Virus record (IMG/VR): IMGVR_UViG_3300014968_000012
Span: 1-64,000 of that record
Origin: a virus
Lineage: Duplodnaviria; Caudoviricetes
Length of the DNA stretch: 64,000 bases
Strand: one strand, 5' to 3'
Under the pieces are notes generated by a model. The model did no database searches. It was not told the origin of the DNA and was given only the letters and a program-made list of their open reading frames with translations. Both the position numbers and the translations under genes were made by a program. Positions 34,449-43,183 of the stretch are shown piece by piece; positions within the stretch are counted from its first letter, which is position 1, and each line of letters begins with the position of its first letter.

Positions 34449-34909
34449 GCCAAGCGCCGGCGGCGCCGCTGGGGATCGTCCCGGTGTCGTTCGCCGACGC
34501 CTGCGACTTCGTCCGGGCCTGGCACCGGCACCACCGGCCGCCGATCGGCTACAAATTCTGCATCGGCCTGGCCGCCGGCGCCGAGCTCGCCGGCGTCGCC
34601 ATCGTCGGCCGGCCCGTCGCCCGACACCTCGCCGACGGCTACACGCTGGAGGTGACGCGCACGGCCGTGGCCGACGACGTCCCCAACGGAAACTCCATGC
34701 TCTACGGCGCGTGCTGGCGCGCGGCCCGGGCCCTGGGATACCGGCGCCTGATCACCTACACGCAGGACGGCGAGTCCGGCGCGTCGCTGCGGGGCGCCGG
34801 ATGGCGGGTGGTCGGCCAGCGCCGGCCGCGCCCCGGGTGGGACACCCCGGCCCGGCCGCGACGGCTGAGCGGGACCGAGAACGTACAACGCACTCTGTGG
34901 GAGGCATGA
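34445..34909 (+). CDS. XF1762-family, Mom-like DNA modification protein (GNAT fold)
   Basis: A..FV..WHRHH.P..G.KF..G, GVAIVGRPVAR, EV.R, N..SMLYGA.WRAA.ALGY...ITYT...ESGASL...GW. Confidence 0.8.
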   Translation: MSQAPAAPLGIVPVSFADACDFVRAWHRHHRPPIGYKFCIGLAAGAELAGVAIVGRPVARHLADGYTLEVTRTAVADDVPNGNSMLYGACWRAARALGYRRLITYTQDGESGASLRGAGWRVVGQRRPRPGWDTPARPRRLSGTENVQRTLWEA

Positions 34910-34912
34910 ACC

Positions 34913-35599
34913 ATGTCCGACGGCTACACCTGGGGCCAGGACAACGCCCCCACGTGCACACCCCGCGCCACGATGCGCACCGTCCTGGCCGAGCTCGCCC
35001 CGACCACCGACCCGGGCCCGATCCCCGAGACGATCCCCGCGCAGGACCCGCCGGGCATCTCCAGTTGTGAACTCTTGATCGCGACCGTTCTCAACTGCGT
35101 GTGCGTGGAACTCAACACCAAGGGCCGGCCGGTGTGCTCGTGCGCGATCCGGCACGCGATCCAGTGGCCGTCCATGGAAGGGTGCTGCGAGTGCGACTCC
35201 CCGGGCGGGGTGGGCGGCGTGCACGGCCAGGCTTGGGCCCGGTTCCAGCGCATCGACGCCGTCCCCTCGTCCACCGCGCTGGCCGACGACACCTCGTGCG
35301 ACCAGTCCGTACAGTTCGTCTTTGACGTCGGGGTCCACCGGTGCGTCCCGGCGTTCGGCGATGAGAACGGCGGCCCGGTCAGCCCGGCGACCTACACGGC
35401 GGACGCGCTCGCGCTGATCAACGACGAAGCCCACATCCGGCGCGGGATCCTGTGCTGTCCCGAGCCCGGATACGGCTCGGTCCTGACCGGGTGGCGCTGG
35501 AAGGTGACGCAGTCCCTACCGCTCGGGCCGCTCGGCGGGTGCGCCGGCGTGGTGGTCACGGTGACCGCCACCGGCGTACAGCGGATCGGGATCCAGTAG
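34913..35599 (+). CDS. Tail completion/terminator-like protein
   Basis: L.C.C..L......C.C, G.AW.R, .GV.RC, G.C.G....V pattern. Position in the tail operon. Confidence 0.6.
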   Translation: MSDGYTWGQDNAPTCTPRATMRTVLAELAPTTDPGPIPETIPAQDPPGISSCELLIATVLNCVCVELNTKGRPVCSCAIRHAIQWPSMEGCCECDSPGGVGGVHGQAWARFQRIDAVPSSTALADDTSCDQSVQFVFDVGVHRCVPAFGDENGGPVSPATYTADALALINDEAHIRRGILCCPEPGYGSVLTGWRWKVTQSLPLGPLGGCAGVVVTVTATGVQRIGIQ

Positions 35600-35640
35600 C
35601 CCGGGCCCGGGCCGCCCGGGCGCCGGTTCGGCGCCCGACC

Positions 35641-35663
35641 GGTGACAGGTCGGCCCTGTCACC
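35641..35663. repeat. Palindrome copy 4
   Basis: GGTGACAGG tcggc CCTGTCACC, followed by CAACCGGCGCGCGC as at copy 1. Confidence 0.85.
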
Positions 35664-35730
35664 CAACCGGCGCGCGCTGCGGGCCGCGGCCGGCGCGGCG
35701 CGGCCCCGAGCTCGGCGCGGTGGGGGCCCC

Positions 35731-36900
35731 TCAGAGCCCGGCCGTCTTCAGGCCCGCCGCGGTGGCGAGCAGCTGGACGCGGGGACGGTTGGCGGCCTGC
35801 GGGGCGACCAGGCACAGACTCCGTATCGCCGCGGCCGCCGACGGCTGGTCACCGGCGGCCAGGTGGGTGCGGGTCACGTCGTACCAGTAGCGTTCTCGCC
35901 GTTCGGTGCTGGCCAGCGCGCCGGGGTTGACCAGCCCGGCATAGCGCAGGGCGGCGCCGACGTCGGCAAGGTTGTTGTGCACGCTGATCCCGTAGTGGTC
36001 GGCTTGGGCGGGCCCGAAGAACCACAGGCCGTGTGCCTGTTCGCTGGGGAACCGGGAGGCGAGCTCGCGCCCCTCGCGGTAGTAGGCGGCGGCGTCGTGC
36101 GGCTTGCCGGCCATGCCGGCGGTGTAGGCGGCCGTGAGATAGAGGTGACCTCGGGTGGCCAGTGCCAGGGGGCTGTTCGGGGCGTCGGCGGCCACGCGCT
36201 CGGCGGCGGCTTCGGCCATCTCATACCCGGGCCGGGGCTTGCCGGCGTGCCGCAGCATCACGCACATCATCCATGCGGCGTTGGCGTGGCTGATCGGGTC
36301 GCCGGCGAGCTCGGCGGACCTCAGTGCCCGGTCGGCGGTGAGGTACGCGTACGAGTCGTCGCCGACTTTCAGGAAGTGCTCTGTCGCCAGGACGTTGACC
36401 TGGACTTTCAGCGCGTGGTCGTCGGAGTTGTGCGCGAGGTTCAACAGGGCCGGGACGAGGTCGGTGAGTTGGGCGTACTGAGCCTCGCGGTAGAGGCGCT
36501 GGGCCCGGGCCAGTTCGGTACGCAGGTCAGCGGGCGGGATCGTGGCGCCGTTCGGGCGAAACAGCGCGACTTCGGCCGTGACGGTGGCGGCCACGGCGAG
36601 GAATGCACGACGGGGGAGCAATGGATCATCCTTGTCTGTCTTGGCGGCGCGTCTGGGGTAGAACCCTAGTTCCGCGTCACCGCCCGGGGCGTCCAAGATC
36701 AACGCGTACGCCTCGCGCGTCGCCTTGTTGGGCCACGTGGTGAGCCCGCGTTCCACGCGCCCGATTGCCTGATAGTCCACCCGGGGGCGGGGGTGGCCGG
36801 CGGCCTCCACGGCATTGCAGATTGCTTCGGCCAGGCCCTCTTGCGTCAGGCCCTTGGCCTTCCGCCGTCTCCGAATCTCGTGGTTCGGCTTGATTGTCAC
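35731..36900 (-). CDS. XRE-family HTH regulator with long helical (TPR-like) C-terminus
   Basis: IRRRR.AKGLTQ..LA...I.R.ERG...WP motif. TAGCCT-N6-GTG start. Confidence 0.85.
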   Translation of the reverse strand: MTIKPNHEIRRRRKAKGLTQEGLAEAICNAVEAAGHPRPRVDYQAIGRVERGLTTWPNKATREAYALILDAPGGDAELGFYPRRAAKTDKDDPLLPRRAFLAVAATVTAEVALFRPNGATIPPADLRTELARAQRLYREAQYAQLTDLVPALLNLAHNSDDHALKVQVNVLATEHFLKVGDDSYAYLTADRALRSAELAGDPISHANAAWMMCVMLRHAGKPRPGYEMAEAAAERVAADAPNSPLALATRGHLYLTAAYTAGMAGKPHDAAAYYREGRELASRFPSEQAHGLWFFGPAQADHYGISVHNNLADVGAALRYAGLVNPGALASTERRERYWYDVTRTHLAAGDQPSAAAAIRSLCLVAPQAANRPRVQLLATAAGLKTAGL

Positions 36901-36982
36901 ACAATCAGGCTACTTACAGCGTGCGCTATCTGCCTGATTTTTTGCCCTTCCGCTGAAACGTCGCAGGTAGGACGCTTGAGAC

Positions 36983-37243
36983 ATGACTACGCCGCCATGC
37001 ACTGATATCGAACTCCCGCCCTTACACGCGGTGGTCCAGGACGACCGGAACGGGCTGATCGGGATCGTGGCCGAGCGCCGCCACAAGGACGGCTATGTGT
37101 TCATCGACATGGGCGCGCACGTGGAGTGGGGCGTCCCGCTGGTCCACGCCGTGACGCTCGGCGGCTGGACGGGGCGCCAGGTGATCCCGGGCCCGCGCTC
37201 GGCGCCGCCGATCGAGTCCTACACGGACGACGACGAGCCATGA
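36983..37243 (+). CDS. Small beta-rich hypothetical protein
   Basis: Divergent from the XRE gene. Coupled to the next ORF. Confidence 0.55.
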   Translation: MTTPPCTDIELPPLHAVVQDDRNGLIGIVAERRHKDGYVFIDMGAHVEWGVPLVHAVTLGGWTGRQVIPGPRSAPPIESYTDDDEP

Positions 37244-37596
37244 TCCCGTGCCGCTCGTGCTGGGGCTCGGGCATGCGCACCGTCTACGGGCGCGGGGGGG
37301 CGCCCGTCCTGGCCACGCCGTGTCCGTGTCCCGCCGGCCTGATGGCGGCGCGGCGCGCGGCGTTCGGGGCGTTGCGGGCGGCGCCGGCGGTATTCCAGAC
37401 GCAGACGCCGGCGCCGCCCGTGACACCCTCCATGCCCGACGCGGGGTTGCCCCTGTCCCCGCTGGCCGAACCGGCGCCGCTCCCGCCGATCCCGTCCCTG
37501 GTCTCCGGTCAGCTCTTCGCGACCCTGCGCGAGATGCACCGCCGTACGCCCCCGTACGGCGCGCCCCCGCTGGAGCTACGCACCGCCGCGGCGTAG
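37240..37596 (+). CDS. Small zinc-finger-like protein (C..C.G.G...CPC)
   Basis: ATGA overlap. CRSCWGSG and PCPCPAG motifs. Confidence 0.55.
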   Translation: MIPCRSCWGSGMRTVYGRGGAPVLATPCPCPAGLMAARRAAFGALRAAPAVFQTQTPAPPVTPSMPDAGLPLSPLAEPAPLPPIPSLVSGQLFATLREMHRRTPPYGAPPLELRTAAA

Positions 37597-37652
37597 ACGG
37601 TGAGCGCGGCCGCCTACGCTGATCAGCACCCGGACCGACATACCGTTGATAT

Positions 37653-38129
37653 GTGGCCGTCGCCCGGGTTGTGATCAACGACGCCGCGCTGTCCCGACTC
37701 CTCAGGGGTCAGGACGGCGCGGTGGTCAAGGCGATGGCCGACGTCGGCCGGAAGGTCAGCAACGAAGCCAAGAGGCGATGCCCCGTCGATGAGGGCCGCC
37801 TACGCGCGTCGATCACCTCCACGACTCAGGTTGAAGGGAACCTGGTCGTCACGCGGGTGGGGACGCCGGTGGAGTACGCGTTGTACGTCCACAACGGGAC
37901 CGGCATCTACGGTCCGTCCGGGATGCCCATCACCCCCAAGCGCGGTACCGGCCGGCTCGGTCACCGCGCGGCGCTGCGGTGGGTCCCGCGCGGCGGTGAG
38001 GCCGTGTACGCGTTCTGGGTCAGGGGCGTGAAGGGTCGGCCCTTCCTCACGGACGCCCTGCGCGAGGTGCTTAAGCCGCTGGGGTGGCCGATCACGTACC
38101 GTAAGCCGACCGGCGGACCAGGGGCCTGA
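37653..38129 (+). CDS. HK97 gp10-like tail/head completion protein
   Basis: AK.RCPVD.G.LRASI, VGT.V.YA.YVH.GTG, V.G.K.RPFL..AL motifs. Confidence 0.8.
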   Translation: MAVARVVINDAALSRLLRGQDGAVVKAMADVGRKVSNEAKRRCPVDEGRLRASITSTTQVEGNLVVTRVGTPVEYALYVHNGTGIYGPSGMPITPKRGTGRLGHRAALRWVPRGGEAVYAFWVRGVKGRPFLTDALREVLKPLGWPITYRKPTGGPGA

Positions 38130-38149
38130 AATCGGTATAACCTGCGCAC

Positions 38150-38680
38150 ATGACCGGATCTACTCACGAACTGGGACAGGTCGCGTACGAGGCGTACGCG
38201 GACGCCGTGGACTGGACCGCCTTCAACGGCGAGCGAATCCAGACCTGGGACAACCAGGACCCCGCACGCCGCGCCGCATGGGCCGCGTCCGCCGAACGCG
38301 TCGAAGCGCTCACCAAAGCGCGCATCGCCGCCGGCCTCGTCTCCTCCCTCCCGCACGGGTGCCGCAGCAAGGCCCTGGAGTGCATCACCGCGGCGTCGCT
38401 GGCCGGTGAGGACACCGGCGCGCCGGCCGCGCTCACCGGGTGCTCGTCGTCGCAGTCCGCTGACGCCACCGCCTCGTGCCCGGGCGGCACGTGCGACGGC
38501 ACCGGCACGCTGACGCTCTCCGAGCCGCCGGCCGACGCCGCCCCCGCCGACGAGCCGGCGACGCCCGAGCCTGCACAGTCCTCGGACGCCGACTACGCCA
38601 CCGGCGGCACCGTCCCGGCCCCGGCCCAGAGCCCGGACGCCGCGTGGCCGGCCTCGTCCGCGTCGGCGGCCGCCGAGTGA
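38150..38680 (+). CDS. Hypothetical protein (AYEAY...W....AW motif)
   Basis: TAACCT-N6-ATG. Confidence 0.6.
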   Translation: MTGSTHELGQVAYEAYADAVDWTAFNGERIQTWDNQDPARRAAWAASAERVEALTKARIAAGLVSSLPHGCRSKALECITAASLAGEDTGAPAALTGCSSSQSADATASCPGGTCDGTGTLTLSEPPADAAPADEPATPEPAQSSDADYATGGTVPAPAQSPDAAWPASSASAAAE

Positions 38681-39162
38681 TCGCCGCCCCGGACCGGCAC
38701 GCCGACGAGGCCGTGTCGTACGAGGCGCCGACCGGCGAGGGTGGCCCCTGCGTCGCCAAGCCGCGGCCCGAGGTGGACCACGAGGAAGCCGGCGTCCAGC
38801 GCACCGGCGTGTGCCGCGATCCGGACGCCCCCCGGTTCGGGGTCGGCGCCCACATCGCCTATGACGCGTGGCGCGAGCACTTGGGCGGGGTGCTGCCCAC
38901 CGGGCACGCGCTCCCCGACCTGGACGAACTCAACCCGTACGTCTCGGACGCGTGGGACCAGGCCGGCGCGGCGTTCCTCCACGCCGTGTCCCTCACGGTC
39001 ACCGACGCCGTCCAGGACGGCGCCGCCGACGCCGTGGGCGAGGCGTTCGCGCACGCGATCCACCACACCCGCCGGCCCGCCGACGCCGTGGGCGGCGTGG
39101 TCCTGGTGCCGCTGCGGGAGCTCGGCGCGGCCGCGGCGAGGAAGGGGCGCGCGCGATGGTGA
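38677..39162 (+). CDS. Hypothetical protein sharing a motif with 38150..38680
   Basis: GTGA coupling. AYDAW...G..LP.L..L....AW motif. Confidence 0.55.
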   Translation: MIAAPDRHADEAVSYEAPTGEGGPCVAKPRPEVDHEEAGVQRTGVCRDPDAPRFGVGAHIAYDAWREHLGGVLPTGHALPDLDELNPYVSDAWDQAGAAFLHAVSLTVTDAVQDGAADAVGEAFAHAIHHTRRPADAVGGVVLVPLRELGAAAARKGRARW

Positions 39163-39587
39163 CGCGCGGCAAGACGCCGCCGCCCCGCAGCGCAACCGGT
39201 AGCCGGTCCCGGGCCGGCGGCCGCGCGCCGGTCAAGGTGACCACGCCCAAGCCGAAGAACCTCGCGGACAAGTACCCGTTCGAACTGGGCGGCGTCACAT
39301 ACCACGCGAGGATGCCGAAGGACTTCGTGTGGATGCACATGGCGGCCGCCCGGAAGGCCGGCGCGAGCGGCGAGCAGAAAGCCGACGCCATGGTGTTGTT
39401 CCTGGACGCTTGTCTGACGCCGGCCGAGCGTGAGGACATCCGGAACCGGATGCTGACGCCGCCGGAGGAAGACCCGGTGTCCGGCGTGGAGCTCTTGAAG
39501 GCGATCGACGCCCTGGCAGAGGTCTGGCGGCCGCTGATTGAGGCTGAGTTCGATCGCGCGATGGCGCGCCTGGACGAAGCCGATTAG
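39156..39587 (+). CDS. Tail assembly chaperone
   Basis: F.LGG..Y.AR.PK, FL...L.......I..R...D....L motifs. Two genes upstream of the tape measure. Confidence 0.7.
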   Translation: MVTRGKTPPPRSATGSRSRAGGRAPVKVTTPKPKNLADKYPFELGGVTYHARMPKDFVWMHMAAARKAGASGEQKADAMVLFLDACLTPAEREDIRNRMLTPPEEDPVSGVELLKAIDALAEVWRPLIEAEFDRAMARLDEAD

Positions 39588-39592
39588 GGGTC

Positions 39593-40156
39593 GTGTTGGG
39601 GATCCCGGCGCGGTCGGCACAGGCCGACGTGGACGGCCACCTGGTCGAACTGTCGGACTTTGCCGACCCGCCGGGCATCATCGAATCTCTGGGGACCGGC
39701 GACTGGTGGCGCCTGTTCTGCATGATCGATCAGCCGGACCATGAGCTGTACCGGCGTATCTGCGACCGGCGCGACGGCTTCGACGCCGCGGCCGCGCTGT
39801 CCCTGACGCGCGTCCTGGTGGAGACGCTGACCGGCTACCCGTTCTTCACGGCGTGCTCTCTGGCCGCCACGGCGGTGTCCGACTGGGCCACCCTGGACGG
39901 GATGGCGGCCTATCAGGGCTTCGACCCCTGGACCGCTCCCGTGGCCCGGACGCTCGCGTTCGTCCACCACTGCCTGAAAACCTCCCGGGACACGCCCGGC
40001 GATCTCGCGCGTCTGGAGCACCAGTTGGCCGGCCCCGAGGCGGACGAGGACCGCCCGCGCGCCCCTGACTCGTCGCTGGCGCGCGCTGAGGCGTCGATGG
40101 TGAACGAGTGGCTGGGCTACTTCGGCGACGGCGGCGAATCCTTGTACGGAGGATGA
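39593..40156 (+). CDS. Second tail assembly chaperone (gpT-like)
   Basis: Directly upstream of the tape measure. TG.P...A..LA...W..LDG motif. Confidence 0.65.
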   Translation: MLGIPARSAQADVDGHLVELSDFADPPGIIESLGTGDWWRLFCMIDQPDHELYRRICDRRDGFDAAAALSLTRVLVETLTGYPFFTACSLAATAVSDWATLDGMAAYQGFDPWTAPVARTLAFVHHCLKTSRDTPGDLARLEHQLAGPEADEDRPRAPDSSLARAEASMVNEWLGYFGDGGESLYGG

Positions 40157-40214
40157 CAACGCCTATTCTTGTCACTGACCGGATATCGGACATCGGGGAC
40201 AAGGCGGCACAAGA

Positions 40215-43181
40215 GTGTCTGGAGGCTCGGACCCGCTCGCGCAATCGCTGATTGAGATCGTCGCCGACACGTCGAAGTTCCCGGACGAGCTCACGAAGAA
40301 CGTAGAGAAGGCGTCCAGCGACGCCGCCGAAGCGGCGTCGAAGATCTTCAACGAGCAGATGGGGGCCACCGCCGCGGCGGCCGCCGAAGAGTTCGGCACG
40401 ACCCTTGACGAAGGGCTGACCGTCGCGGCGACCGAGGGCGCCGAGACTTTCGGGACCGCCTTCGGACTCAAACTGGAAGCCTTCGGCGAGGAAGCCGCCG
40501 CCCAGCTCGTCGCCGCGTTCAAGGCGGCCATGAGGCCGGCCGTCGAAGAGGACGGCGAAGAGGAAGCGCAATCCTTCCTCGCCCGGTTCAAAGCGACGAT
40601 GGAAACCGGGATGGCCGCCGTCGCCGAGAAAATGGGGATTGAGCTGGAGGAATCCTCCGCTGGGATCTCTGAGGCCGGCGCCGCCATCGGGGACAAGTTC
40701 GTGGAGGGGGTCAAGCTCGGCGGCGTGGCCCTGGCCGGCGTCACCGCCGAGATGACCAAATTCGGTCTTGAGGGCGCGGCCTCCATTCAGAAGTCGCAGA
40801 TTGCCTTTGAGCACATGACCGGGTCGGCTCAGGCCGGCGTGGACGTGGTCAATCAACTGGAGCAACAGGCGGCCAAGACCCCGTTCCAGTTCCAAGATCT
40901 TCAGCCGGTCGCGCAACGGTTCCTGGCCATCGGGGACGCCGCCGGCATCACCAGTAAGAACGTGACTCAGTTCACGGGCGCGCTGGAGGACGCGACCACG
41001 TTTGCCGGCGGGACGCCGGAGACTATGAACCGCGTCGCGTACGCCCTGGACGAGGTCGCGAGTAAGGGCAAGCTCACCCAAGCGAGCGTTACTCAGCTGT
41101 CCCGGGACCTCCCGGGCCTGAACGTCCAACAGGTGCTCGCGGCCGGATCCGGTCAGACGTTGTCGCAGATCCAGGCCCAGATCCACGCCGGGACGCTGAC
41201 CGCGAGCGCTGGCATCCAGGACTACATCAAGGGCCTGGAGAAGATGCCCGGCGTCGCCGGGTCGGCGGCCGCGGCGAGTGCCACCCTGGGCGGTTCGTTC
41301 GCCACGCTCAAGGACAACATCCGTCTGAGCCTGACTCAGGGCTTTACGCCGGTGATTCCCGAGATCACCAAGGTGATGAACTCGATCGTCCCCGTACTGA
41401 ATCAGGGTTTTGAGAAACTGGGGCCGGTCATCGGTCAGGCGCTCGCCGCCATCCTCCCGCTGATCGCGCAACTGTTCACGGCGCTGGTTCCGATCATCGC
41501 GCCGCTGGTCCAGTTGCTCGCCGGGATCGCGCCGTCCTTGATTCAGAGCCTTTCGGTACTTTCGCCCGTTTTTGCCCAGATCGCGCAGAGCCTAGTACCC
41601 CTCGCGCCGGTCATCGGTCAACTCGTTGTCATGTTCACTCAGCTTGCGTTGCAGGCCATTAAGCCGTTCCTGCCCCTGCTCAGTGCTCTGCTTCCGATCC
41701 TCCAGGGCGCGACCACGGTTCTAAAGGTCTTGTCTCCCGTGCTGGTCCCGCTGATCCAGGCGTGGATCATCTGGGCGTCGGTGACCAAGGTTCTGTCCAT
41801 CGCCATGGGCGTGCTGAACCTGGTCCTGGACGCGAACCCGTTCGTCCTGATCGGGATCGCCGTCGTGGCGCTCATCGCCGGCCTCGTGGAGCTGTACCAG
41901 CACAGCAAGCTAGTGCGGGAGATCGTCGGCGACGTCGTCCACTTTTTCGCCACCGTGGCGATCGATGCGCTCCACTACTTCGAAGCCGGGTGGCGGGTCG
42001 TGATCGCCGCCGTGAAGGACGTCGTCGCGTTCTTCCAAAAAATGCCAGGCTATTTTCACGATGCGATGGGGGAAATTTCCAAGATCCTTGACGACGCCTG
42101 GCGCGGCATCGTCGCCGGGGCGAAAGCCGTCCTGGACTTTTTCACCGCTTTGCCCGGCGAAATTCTCAATGCCCTGATTGCCCTCCCGGGCGAATTGCTC
42201 CACCTGTTCCTAGACGGCCTGGCGTTGCTCCTTCACGGGATCGGCGACATTCTGGGCTTGATCATCGTCTCATTCGAACTTTTGTACAAGGGCATCGTCT
42301 ACGCCGTGACCGAGCTCCCCGGCGAGCTCTGGAACCTCTTCACCAGTGCCTTGTCAATGGCGAAAGATGCCGTGGTGGCCGGCGCCAAGGCCGTGATCGA
42401 CTTCGTGGTTTCCTGGAACCTCGCGATCCTCCACGAACTTGAGGCGCTTCCGGGCCAGTTGTGGACGCTGTTCACCACCGCCATGTCCCTGGTCGGAAAA
42501 GCCGTCGATACCGGAATTTCTGACACGATTTCCTTTTTCAGGGCGCTTCCGGGCGAAGTGGTCCACGCGCTCGCCACCATCGGATCCGACCTGGCCAACG
42601 TGTTTTCGTCCATGTGGGACAAGGCGAGTGCCGTAGTGACTAAGGGCATTGATACACTCGTGGGCTGGTTCAAGGCGATCCCGGGCAAGATCAGTGACCT
42701 TGGAAAGGATCTTGAGGCGTCCGGTGAGAAGTTGATCAAGTCCGTGTTCGATGGCTTCTCCAAGGTCCCCTCCATCGGAGAGAACATCGCCAAGTCCGTG
42801 GTGAACGCGGTCATTTCCGCGATCAACTGGGCCATCGATCAGGTGGACTCTGGCCTGGCGGATATCAACATTGCCGGCATCGGGTTCCCCAAGAAGACGA
42901 TCCCTGACATCCCGCCGTGGAAGGCGTCCGGCGGGATCTTCGACCGTCCGACCGTGATCGGTGTCGGTGAGGCCGGCAAGGAAGTGGTCTTGCCGCTGAC
43001 GAACCCCGCGCGCACGGCGGCGCTGGCCGCACAGTCCGGCCTGTTGGGCGTGCTCTCACAAGCCGGCATCGGCGGCGGCCGGCCGACACAGATCTTCCAG
43101 ACCACCGTCAACACCGTGGCGCAGGACCCCGTCATGGTGGCCACACAGACGGTCGGCAAGCTCGCGCGGAAGGTGGCCTGA
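40215..43181 (+). CDS. Tape measure protein (988 aa)
   Basis: IEI.ADT..F start, .AF..M.GS...A.KTPF tape-measure domain, amphipathic repeats, A.GGI..PT..GVGEAG.E.V.PL end. About 150 nm tail by the ~0.15 nm/aa rule. Confidence 0.92.
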   Translation: MSGGSDPLAQSLIEIVADTSKFPDELTKNVEKASSDAAEAASKIFNEQMGATAAAAAEEFGTTLDEGLTVAATEGAETFGTAFGLKLEAFGEEAAAQLVAAFKAAMRPAVEEDGEEEAQSFLARFKATMETGMAAVAEKMGIELEESSAGISEAGAAIGDKFVEGVKLGGVALAGVTAEMTKFGLEGAASIQKSQIAFEHMTGSAQAGVDVVNQLEQQAAKTPFQFQDLQPVAQRFLAIGDAAGITSKNVTQFTGALEDATTFAGGTPETMNRVAYALDEVASKGKLTQASVTQLSRDLPGLNVQQVLAAGSGQTLSQIQAQIHAGTLTASAGIQDYIKGLEKMPGVAGSAAAASATLGGSFATLKDNIRLSLTQGFTPVIPEITKVMNSIVPVLNQGFEKLGPVIGQALAAILPLIAQLFTALVPIIAPLVQLLAGIAPSLIQSLSVLSPVFAQIAQSLVPLAPVIGQLVVMFTQLALQAIKPFLPLLSALLPILQGATTVLKVLSPVLVPLIQAWIIWASVTKVLSIAMGVLNLVLDANPFVLIGIAVVALIAGLVELYQHSKLVREIVGDVVHFFATVAIDALHYFEAGWRVVIAAVKDVVAFFQKMPGYFHDAMGEISKILDDAWRGIVAGAKAVLDFFTALPGEILNALIALPGELLHLFLDGLALLLHGIGDILGLIIVSFELLYKGIVYAVTELPGELWNLFTSALSMAKDAVVAGAKAVIDFVVSWNLAILHELEALPGQLWTLFTTAMSLVGKAVDTGISDTISFFRALPGEVVHALATIGSDLANVFSSMWDKASAVVTKGIDTLVGWFKAIPGKISDLGKDLEASGEKLIKSVFDGFSKVPSIGENIAKSVVNAVISAINWAIDQVDSGLADINIAGIGFPKKTIPDIPPWKASGGIFDRPTVIGVGEAGKEVVLPLTNPARTAALAAQSGLLGVLSQAGIGGGRPTQIFQTTVNTVAQDPVMVATQTVGKLARKVA

Positions 43182-43183
43182 CC

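Noticed and set aside
39540-39600. Programmed -1 frameshift between the tail chaperones
   Set aside because: The -1 frame is open only from 39548, and there is no XXXYYYZ slippery heptamer before the stop at 39587.
39846-41471. Long antisense and alternate-frame ORFs (also 25050..26570, 42839..44668, 57652..59427, 61380..62897)
   Set aside because: These are shadow ORFs typical of high-GC DNA. They overlap well-supported genes and lack motifs or start signals.
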